From Planctomycetia bacterium (lineage in GTDB: Bacteria > Planctomycetota > Planctomycetia > Gemmatales > Gemmataceae), in the NCBI GenBank assembly GCA_022616395.1, contig JAKEEV010001071.1:1-32286 (forward strand): a DNA stretch of 32,286 nucleotides, read 5' to 3'. Below are positions 10,939-18,340 of this stretch, piece after piece. The position numbers were made by a program, and so were the translations under genes. The notes under the pieces are model-generated. The model worked only from the letters and a program-made list of their open reading frames with translations, did no database searches and was not told where the DNA came from. Numbering within the stretch: position 1 is the first letter of the stretch; each line of letters begins with the position of its first letter.

Positions 10939-12267
10939 CTACTTTCCACCCATCGGCTGGGTTTCTTCAGGCTTCTGAATCCGAACCAGCGTGAACTGTT
11001 GGGAGTTCTCCTTGGAAAAGTGGACGAGCATCGTTGTCTGCTCCTTCGTCAAATTGGCGATCCCGGCCTCGTAGACCGGGGTCTTGCGGTCCGCGACCGT
11101 CCAGGCCGCCCGCTGAGTTTTCTTGTCCACCGAGCCGTACACTGGTTCGGTGGTGTCGGTCAGCGCGTTGTAATATTCCCCACGAATCACACCGTCCTTG
11201 TTGACGGCGAGTTGGAAGATGTTCGTGGACTTCGTCTCGCCCTCCCCAACCATCGCAAACACACCCAGCGGCTGGAAGTTATCCGCCTTCGGTTCGACCT
11301 TGGCTTCCTTCCCGGTAGTGGCGAGGTCCGTGGCTTGCTGGAGGTACTGCTCGGCCGGAATTGTCGTTTCTCCGTTGATGGTGACAGTGTCTCCAGAGTA
11401 GACGACGCTTTCGCCGTAGTCGTAGTAGACCGGTTCCGCCGGGTAACTGCCGTAACTGGAGAGTGCGGCCCACGTGATTGGCCGCCAGGTCGGTCCGGCC
11501 CACCGAATCGCGAGACCTGGGTACTGCTGATAGAAGCTCTGGAAGTTGCTCCTCACCGCGTAGCCGGTGGTCGCGAGGTTCGTGTGGGAAGCGTAATAAG
11601 TTCCACCTGTCCCGCGCCCAACGGTTGTCTTGCCCGCAGCAGCACCGTAGGGACCGGTCGCGACTCCTCCGTGAGTCCCCCCAACGACCGTTCCTCCTGG
11701 CCCCGTGGCTCTCCCGACTTTGGTGCTTCCGCCCACCGCGCCCTGCGGACCGATTGCGACTCCTCCGTGATACGCGGAGCCGAACGAGCCGCCAGGCCCA
11801 CTGCCAACGGTTACTCCACCCCTTGTGCCGACCGCATTCCCACCCGGTCCGGCAATTCCGCCCGCGGTGCCGACCTTGGTGGCGGTCTTTCCGCCCGGCG
11901 TTGTCACTTGAACTCCACCGACTCCCCTTCCGTAGTTCACTCCGCCAGCTGTGGTTCCTCCTCGTCCGACTCCGCCGTAGTCGATGGTGCTTCCGCCTTT
12001 GGTTGTGTGCGACCCGCTTCCCGAGCCGACCGTGCGGGTTCCTCCGGCTGGGCCAACTACGCTTCCGGTCGAGCGCGTTCCCACTCCGGGGCTGGACGGT
12101 CGGACCCCGCCGCCGCTGTATGAGCCAACCACTCCTCCACCTCCAGCGCGCCCTCCTCCGCCACGCCCTCCTCCACCTCCGCGTCCACCCCGCTGAGCCT
12201 GCGAGTCATGCGCGACGCTCAGCACGATGGCAGCCACCAACCCGATTACAACTGTTGTTCTGTACAT
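10939..12267 (-). CDS. Exported Gly-rich protein with conserved C-terminal domain (planctomycete 'mu-protocadherin-like' cell-surface protein)
   Basis: Signal peptide (..SQA-QRGGRGGGG), GPGG/GPxG repeats, then PVYYDYG, PLGVFAM, FQLAVNKDGVIRG, GSVDKKTQRAAW, EAGIANLT. Confidence 0.8.
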   Translation of the reverse strand: MYRTTVVIGLVAAIVLSVAHDSQAQRGGRGGGGGRGGGGRAGGGGVVGSYSGGGVRPSSPGVGTRSTGSVVGPAGGTRTVGSGSGSHTTKGGSTIDYGGVGRGGTTAGGVNYGRGVGGVQVTTPGGKTATKVGTAGGIAGPGGNAVGTRGGVTVGSGPGGSFGSAYHGGVAIGPQGAVGGSTKVGRATGPGGTVVGGTHGGVATGPYGAAAGKTTVGRGTGGTYYASHTNLATTGYAVRSNFQSFYQQYPGLAIRWAGPTWRPITWAALSSYGSYPAEPVYYDYGESVVYSGDTVTINGETTIPAEQYLQQATDLATTGKEAKVEPKADNFQPLGVFAMVGEGETKSTNIFQLAVNKDGVIRGEYYNALTDTTEPVYGSVDKKTQRAAWTVADRKTPVYEAGIANLTKEQTTMLVHFSKENSQQFTLVRIQKPEETQPMGGK

Positions 12268-12296
12268 GAGTGAATCCTCTGGGTGTGGTTCGGGTG

Positions 12297-13289
12297 TTAG
12301 GGCTTCACGCGCGTGACTTTGATGGGCGGAAGATCGGGCAATGACTCGTCATCCATCCACCGATCAATCGCGTGCCAGAGGAATGAGTCCGCATCGACCT
12401 GCGTCATGATGTTGGTCGCGGTCAGCACTTGACCATCTGGAGTAACTCCGCGAGCCGCATGGACAAACTTCTTCCCATCCCGAACGATGTCGGCCTCGCC
12501 GATCCCGCCTGAATCTTCAAACGTCCATACCCGGAGCAACCCAGTCGAAGGGTCTTTCCCGATCATCTGCGTGCCGGTGTGCTTCTGCCCGTCCTGAGTG
12601 ATGGTGAACTGACTTTTGATGAAGGATTTGTTCGCGGTCCACTCGTACTTGGTGCTGACAACAACCCCATCCCGCTTCGATTCCCACGAACCGATCAACC
12701 ATTCCAGATCGCGGAGCGACAGACCATCGCCGGGCCACTCGCGAGCGATTGCGATCAACCATTTGCCCTCTTCGCGCGCGTAGAGGAAGCTGCACTTGCT
12801 CACGATCAACTCGCCCTTCGCCTTGCGAAGTTTGAAGTGCCCCTCGACCACCGCGGTATCCTTGGACGGGAACCGGATCGCTTCGACTTCGACTTCCAGC
12901 GAGTTACCAGGGTTCTTCTTGAAGAATTCCGCGTACGCCTTCTCAAGATCGGCTCGCCCGCGGAAGGTGGCACCGTCATCGCCGATGTATTCACCCTCAG
13001 CGGTCCAGTGATCGGCGACAGCCTTGCCATCGCCCTTGCGGAATGCCGTCACGAAACTGTCAACCGCCTTCTGAACGCCCTCGCGGTCGGCGGGGCGATC
13101 CTCAGGCGCGACGGTGGCGATTGGCTCTGCCGGTGGAGGAACAGTCGGCGTCGGTGGGGGAAGAACGGAGACGACCGGAGGGTGTCCGGAGCTTCGTGAA
13201 TGACTCCCCTCGAACGCAAACCAAATTGCAACGACGGTCAAACCGCCGAGCAACAGAATCAGGGTGCTTGACGTGTGCTTCAAACTCAT
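12297..13289 (-). CDS. Membrane-anchored NTF2/SnoaL-like (DUF4440 / SgcJ-EcaC-type) protein
   Basis: N-terminal TM and Pro linker; FVTAFRKGDGKAVADHWTAEGEY...GKWLI; second domain LRDLEWLIGSW...IGKDP...WTFEDSGG. AAGGAG SD before ATG 13289. Confidence 0.8.
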   Translation of the reverse strand: MSLKHTSSTLILLLGGLTVVAIWFAFEGSHSRSSGHPPVVSVLPPPTPTVPPPAEPIATVAPEDRPADREGVQKAVDSFVTAFRKGDGKAVADHWTAEGEYIGDDGATFRGRADLEKAYAEFFKKNPGNSLEVEVEAIRFPSKDTAVVEGHFKLRKAKGELIVSKCSFLYAREEGKWLIAIAREWPGDGLSLRDLEWLIGSWESKRDGVVVSTKYEWTANKSFIKSQFTITQDGQKHTGTQMIGKDPSTGLLRVWTFEDSGGIGEADIVRDGKKFVHAARGVTPDGQVLTATNIMTQVDADSFLWHAIDRWMDDESLPDLPPIKVTRVKP

Positions 13290-13362
13290 GGCTGAACTCC
13301 TTCGCCTTTGGGGAACAATCAAGGTGCATCGCTTGGCCGGAGTGACGGCGTGGGTAGGCCAA

Positions 13363-14256
13363 TCACTCCGCGCCGAGCTTCTTCCGGGCGTCTGACAACA
13401 ACTTTCTCTCGTCGGTCACTTCGGGGTATTTCAGGTTCAAGGCCTGAATGCTGGTCGTGATGATGTCCGCGACCAGGCCGCGCGTGACCCACTTGTAATC
13501 GGCCGGGATCACGTACCACGGTGCCCACTCGGTACTTGTCGCGCTCAGAGCATCTTCGTAGGCGGCCATGTAGTCATCCCAGAACCCGCGCTCGGCCATG
13601 TCCGACGCTGAGAACTTCCAGTTCTTCTCCGGTCGATCGAGGCGCTCCAAGAACCGCCTCTTCTGCTCATCCTTCGAGACGTTCAGGAAGAACTTGAGGA
13701 TCACAGTGCCGTTGCGAACGAGATGGTGCTCGAAAGCGTTGATGTCCTCGTATCGTGCCTCCCAGAACTTCTTGCCGACCTTCTCGTGAGCGAGTTGCCG
13801 GCCGAGAAAGTCGGGGTGAACCTTCACCACCAGCACGTCCTCGTAGTACGACCGATTGAAGATGCCGATTCGTCCGCGCTCCGGAAGGCACCGCATGTAT
13901 CGCCAGAGGAAGTTGTGATCGAGTTCCTCGGCTGATGGTTTCTTGAAGCTGAACACCTGGCAGCCCTGCGGGTTGACTCCGCTCATGACGTGCTTGATCG
14001 TTCCGTCCTTGCCAGCGGCGTCCATTGCTTGCAGCACGATCAGCACCGCGAAGCGGTCATCGGCGTAGAGCAGACTCTGAGCCTCCGCGAGATTCACCAG
14101 ATTTTCGTCGAGAATCACCTTCGCGCGCTCTTTCAGAGCGTCCTTGCCGAAGTCCTTGAACTCCTCGGACTGCTTCCAGCCGGGGTTGTAGTCCTTCAGC
14201 CGAACTTTCTTCCCGAGCGGCACGCGGAACAGGTCGATGATGTCTTTGCGGATCAT
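13363..14256 (-). CDS. ppk2: Polyphosphate kinase 2 family (polyP:nucleotide phosphotransferase, probably class III)
   Basis: Walker A LQAMDAAGKDGTIKH, NPQG, FNRSYYEDVL, KNWKFS, APWYVIPAD. Confidence 0.95.
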   Translation of the reverse strand: MIRKDIIDLFRVPLGKKVRLKDYNPGWKQSEEFKDFGKDALKERAKVILDENLVNLAEAQSLLYADDRFAVLIVLQAMDAAGKDGTIKHVMSGVNPQGCQVFSFKKPSAEELDHNFLWRYMRCLPERGRIGIFNRSYYEDVLVVKVHPDFLGRQLAHEKVGKKFWEARYEDINAFEHHLVRNGTVILKFFLNVSKDEQKRRFLERLDRPEKNWKFSASDMAERGFWDDYMAAYEDALSATSTEWAPWYVIPADYKWVTRGLVADIITTSIQALNLKYPEVTDERKLLSDARKKLGAE

Positions 14257-14266
14257 GGGTATCCTC

Positions 14267-14320
14267 GTAGGACAGGCATCTTGCCTGTCAAAGCATTGAC
14301 AGGCAAGATGCCTGTCCTAC
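14267..14320. repeat. GTAG-type REP doublet (REPIN-like), perfect 25-bp arms
   Basis: GTAGGACAGGCATCTTGCCTGTCAA-AGCA-TTGACAGGCAAGATGCCTGTCCTAC. Each arm is itself GTAG plus a hairpin. Confidence 0.93.
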
Positions 14321-14327
14321 AGCTCGC

Positions 14328-15377
14328 CTACCGGAAGCAGCGCGACAGGCGCGGATCGGAACACAGGATGCGTTCAACTTCCGGTAACACGTCGCGGCTC
14401 GAGAGCACGGTGTAAAAGCCCTCCTTGATCGAGGGAGCCATCCGCACCGCGGTCAGCCACTCCGCGCGCGAGAACGGATCCCCGGTAATCGCATCCCAGA
14501 ACCCGGTCGCGTCGAACAGCGCGGCAATTCGCTCCATGTTTTCCCCTTGAAGGATGCTCATCAGGTAGCTGGCGACCCCGACTTGCAGACCGTGCAACCG
14601 CGGCCGGGCGGAGGTTGCATCGAGCGCATGTGAGATCAGGTGTTCGCTTCCGCTTGCGGGGCGCGACGAGCCGCAAATCTCCATCGCGATTCCATTGAGC
14701 ATGAGCGAGGTCGCCAGCAAGCGAATCCCCTCCAAGTCAAACGCAGGGTGACTCATGTAGGAGTAGATGGTGCCGTTCGACATCAGTGCCGCGAAGTCAT
14801 CGACCGGTTCGCCCGTCGTGTGGAACGCGAGCTTCCAGTCGCGCACGGCTGTGAACTTCGCCACCAGATCGCCGACGCCGGAGAGTGTCAGGATTCTCGG
14901 AGCGTCGCGGCAAACGGCAGTATCGATGACAACTCCGAACGGGAGCGCTGCGGGCAGCGAGCGCCGCTTTCCGCGAATCGTCAGGCTTGCTTGTGGGCTA
15001 CAGAAGCCGTCGTTGGAGAGGGATGTCGGCACCGCGAAGTACGGCAGGTGGCTGAGGAACCCCACATACTTCGCCACATCGAGCGCCTTGCCGCCGCCGA
15101 CACCGACAATCGCGGAAGCTCCCTTCGGAAGATCGGCGAACAGCCGAGCTGCTGACTCCAAGTCGTTGTCCGACACCTCGATCCACGCGACCGGCTCGAT
15201 GGATTGCTCCTTGAGACTGCGCGTCACGCGCTCGGGAAGAGGCTCGACGAGTCCCTTGCTCAAGAAAACCGCGACCTTGCGATGTCCACAGCGACCGAGG
15301 TAGATCCCAAGCCGGTCGAGTGCGCCGGCTTTCGCGCGGACCAGAGTGGGAATCGCGATTTGAGTCGGTCGGAGCAT
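14328..15377 (-). CDS. Glycerol-1-phosphate dehydrogenase-like enzyme (Fe/Zn-ADH-DHQS superfamily, EgsA/AraM-like)
   Basis: GGGKALDVAKY, PTSLSNDG, SRPASGSEHLISHALD, LHGLQVG. True start MLRPTQ at 15377; the ORF-track extension overlaps the phosphatase gene. Confidence 0.85.
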   Translation of the reverse strand: MLRPTQIAIPTLVRAKAGALDRLGIYLGRCGHRKVAVFLSKGLVEPLPERVTRSLKEQSIEPVAWIEVSDNDLESAARLFADLPKGASAIVGVGGGKALDVAKYVGFLSHLPYFAVPTSLSNDGFCSPQASLTIRGKRRSLPAALPFGVVIDTAVCRDAPRILTLSGVGDLVAKFTAVRDWKLAFHTTGEPVDDFAALMSNGTIYSYMSHPAFDLEGIRLLATSLMLNGIAMEICGSSRPASGSEHLISHALDATSARPRLHGLQVGVASYLMSILQGENMERIAALFDATGFWDAITGDPFSRAEWLTAVRMAPSIKEGFYTVLSSRDVLPEVERILCSDPRLSRCFR

Positions 15378-15378
15378 G

Positions 15379-16038
15379 TCAGTCTCTCTGTCCGAGGAGG
15401 ACACGGGCGATGTCGCCCCACGTCTCGAACGGGTGGAACGGCAACTGCTCCTCTCGCAGCACGTTCGCGAGATCGCCGCGCGCGAATCGCAAGTCTCCAG
15501 GCACGAGTCGCGCCGGTTCCGCGTCCGGGAAACCATCCCCGGCGAACGCGACAGTGCGTCCGTCAGCAATCTGTCTCCGAACGACTTCCTTCTTGTCCAC
15601 GCCGAGCATTGGAGAGAGGTAGGGCGAACCCGTCGGCATCTCCATGAGCAGACCCTTCCCGGTCTCGAACCGTCCCGGGTTGGAATGAACCTCGACCTCC
15701 ACGCCCGCAGCGCCCAACAGTCGGCGGATGTACCACTCACAGCCGGCGGACGTAACAACCACGCTCCACCCAGCGCGGCGCAACTCTTCCACCGCTGCGG
15801 GCAACTCTGGGTCGAGTTCCATCCGCTCGACCACCGCCAGAACTTCTGCTTCGCTCGCCCGGATCGCTGCAAAATACCGTCTCAGTGCTTCAAAGTGCGT
15901 GATTATCCCGGCCCGGTATTCGGCCCAGCAGTCGGGTGTGTCAGACGGCAACAACGACTCGATCACCAGCTTGTAGAAGTCGTGGCGCGTCATCGTGCCA
16001 TCAAAGTCGCTGACCAGGACGCCGGGTTGTGGAGTCAT
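15379..16038 (-). CDS. MtnX-like HAD-IB phosphatase
   Basis: Motif I VSDFDGTMT, motif II VTSAG, motif III/IV GVDK...FAGDGFPD, FARG. Its ATG overlaps the symporter stop (ATGA at 16038-16035). Confidence 0.88.
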   Translation of the reverse strand: MTPQPGVLVSDFDGTMTRHDFYKLVIESLLPSDTPDCWAEYRAGIITHFEALRRYFAAIRASEAEVLAVVERMELDPELPAAVEELRRAGWSVVVTSAGCEWYIRRLLGAAGVEVEVHSNPGRFETGKGLLMEMPTGSPYLSPMLGVDKKEVVRRQIADGRTVAFAGDGFPDAEPARLVPGDLRFARGDLANVLREEQLPFHPFETWGDIARVLLGQRD

Positions 16039-16965
16039 CGTTTCAGTTCCTCGGGGGTCACTCCAACTTGCGCAGACACCAGTCCGCCGCTTTCCGAATC
16101 GCCTGTGCCAGCGGTCGGGGCAGTGGAGGATCGACGCGCGAAATACCGCGCGGCGAACAGCAGGACCACCAGCCCCGCGAGCGTCGAGACCAGCAGCATG
16201 ACCACCGCGCCGGGGTTGGTGGGAAAGCTCTGCGTCGCGATGATGAGCGCCGCTGCGATGTTCCGCTGTCCGGTCCCCAGTCCGAGTACCGCTCGCGTGC
16301 CGGGAGCGGGCCCGCCGAGAGCGTACCCAACCGCAGTCGAGAGCGTGACAAACACGAGAGCCACTGCAATCGCGCCACTGCCGAAAGTGCCGAGCATGGC
16401 GTTGAAGTTCAGACCAATCAGGAGCAGCACGGCCAGGATCATGCTGACGTTCGACACCATCGCGAACACGGGCCGCAATTTCGCCGACCACCGCCTCGGA
16501 CCGACTCCGCACAGTCATCCCGATGCCGAGCGGCAGCAGCATCGTGAACAGCAGTGGTCGTAGAATCTGCCACGGGTCTGCCGAGAGCCCAGGAATGAGC
16601 AGCGGCAGCACGAGCGGCATAAAGACCACGCTCCCAACCATCAAGAGCAGCATGAGGCCGACCGAGAACGCGATGTCGCCCTTCGCCAACTCGGCCAGTT
16701 TGGGCAAAAACGGAGCTCCGGCTGCTCCGCCGAGCAGAAGCAGACCAATGGCGTAGGAGCGGTCGATGGGGACTCGTTCGGTGAGCCCATACGCAAGACC
16801 CGGAGCAACGACGAAGTTCGCGACAATGGCAAGCAGCACCAGTCGGGCGTGTCGGAGCGGAGCAGCGACGTCGCGCACGCTCAATCCCAGCCCAGCCGTG
16901 ACCATGCAGGTCACGACGAAGACCAGAACCGCGAGCTTCGACGCACTCTCCAGGAACTCGCTCAC
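16035..16965 (-). pseudogene. Bile acid:sodium symporter (BASS) family transporter with a +1 frameshift near 16494
   Basis: N-half (GTG 16965; ANFVVAP, GAPFLPKLA..AKGD) and C-half (GYALGG..RAVLGLGTGQRNIAAAL) lie in different frames. Removing one G from GAG-G-CGG-TGG restores RSRSERWSAKLRPVF. Confidence 0.8.
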
Positions 16966-16991
16966 AACTTCCTCTTAGTACTTCGACCTCT

Positions 16992-18263
16992 TCACGAATC
17001 CGAGCCGCCGATGCCCTGGTAATCCGCGACCTCGGCCCGTTTGCGGTCCACTTCATCCTGGAACCGCCGCTTGACGGCACTCTTCAGCAGGGCGAGTTCC
17101 TCCTCAAGCGGCGGTCGGCGGGCTTCAGGCAACTCTCGGATCAGGTGTTCCAGCATCGCTCTGAGCCGGCGGTCAACCTGAATGCTGCCCTCTCCGTAGT
17201 GACGAATCTCGCTCACCGCCAACGTCACGTAGTCGGTCCAGTCCGGAGTGCCGTAGACAAGCCGAAGCTTGCCATCACGATCGCGCGCAACGCCCTCGTC
17301 GAGTCGTCGCCGCCCGAGGCAGAACAGCAAGTTGTCGATCTGGTCCAGGACGAGGACCGCGGTGGTTGGATCGTTGATCGCCGGCGACAGCGCCTTGTTC
17401 GCGATGTCGACCAAGATGCGGAACGCGAACCGCGGATCCTGTTCCAGTGTCCGTTCGGCTCCGACTGCGACACACCCCCGCAGCGCCTCTGGCGAGAGTG
17501 GGCGCGCTCCACGGAATACGCGGAACAACGGATCGCCGGTGGCGACGAAATCTCCAACTTGCGGGACCAACTCGACAATCGCGTCCGCGTCCCGAGCCAG
17601 CCGAACCAGTTCCTTCACACTGAACGCCATGACGACTCCGGACCGCCCGCTGCATTCGATCACCTCAAGAGGTGCGGTCGGAAGTGCTCCGCTGGTTGCC
17701 TCTTCCGGCCGCTTCGGATCGTATTCCACCGGATACACTTCCTCGATCACCGAACGCGCGCGATCCGCCACGAGTCGCATCATCGTGCTCGGCCGTAGCC
17801 CGGTCGATAGCCGTTGCACGAACAGGAAGAACACGAGGATGCACGACAGGTTCAAAAGGACCGCGACGCCCGCGTGCAGATCCGGCACCCGTTCCTCGAC
17901 CCGCCCGAAGACCGCGAGAGTGTAGGTATAGGTGAACGTGAAGATTCCGAGCGTGATCCTCACCCAGGGCATCGCGAACACGAGCGCGATCACTCGCGGA
18001 GTCAACTGCCCGCTGGCCAATTGCACCACGATGAGCGTCGCGGAGAGAACGAAGACGATGAACGTGAGCATCGAGGCCGCGAGGGCTCCGAGGATCGCAC
18101 GAGCACCATCGGGGCTGAACCCGAATACCACCTACCCGGTTTGCTGATCTAACCAGCGCACAAGAGGCGCGCAGAAGAGCGCGAGAACGAGCGACAGCCC
18201 CGCCCAGAGCACCAGCGAGGTGCGGGCCATGAGCTTCAGCCGATACCGTTGCTCCCAGTTCAT
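16992..18263 (-). pseudogene. DUF2254 family membrane protein with an in-frame TAG at codon 44 (18134-18132)
   Basis: ATG 18263 gives MNWEQRYRLK...WLDQQTG*VVFGFSPDGARAIL, in frame with the 379-aa ORF. Family motifs QLASGQLTPR, RTLEQDPRFAFRILVDIANKALSPAINDPTTA. Confidence 0.8.
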
Positions 18264-18270
18264 GATGTTC

Positions 18271-18330
18271 GTAGGACGGGCTTTCTAGCCCGTCTGTCTT
18301 TCCCACGATGGCCTGGAAAGGTCGTCCGAC
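18271..18330. repeat. Degenerate GTAG-type REP doublet
   Basis: GTAGGACGGGCTTTCTAGCCCGTC, then a decayed inverted copy GATGGCCTGGAAAGGTCGTCCGAC. Confidence 0.75.
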
Positions 18331-18340
18331 TTGGCTTCCC

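Noticed and set aside
10513-12123. 536-aa plus-strand ORF, and similar antisense ORFs at 5002-5976, 15376-16563 and 25202-26323
   Set aside because: All lie opposite well-supported genes and have no SD or domain signal.
14328-15377. Archaeal-type ether lipid synthesis
   Set aside because: No GGGP or DGGGP synthase in the window; a G1PDH-like gene alone does not support it.
15378-15872. Long N-terminal extension of the dehydrogenase ORF (also GH63 10559-10726)
   Set aside because: It overlaps the upstream gene in another frame and has non-protein-like composition.
18132-18134. TAG recoding (pyrrolysine or stop reassignment)
   Set aside because: TAG ends other genes normally here (kinase 3857, 10939, 14328), and no pyl genes or suppressor tRNA are seen.
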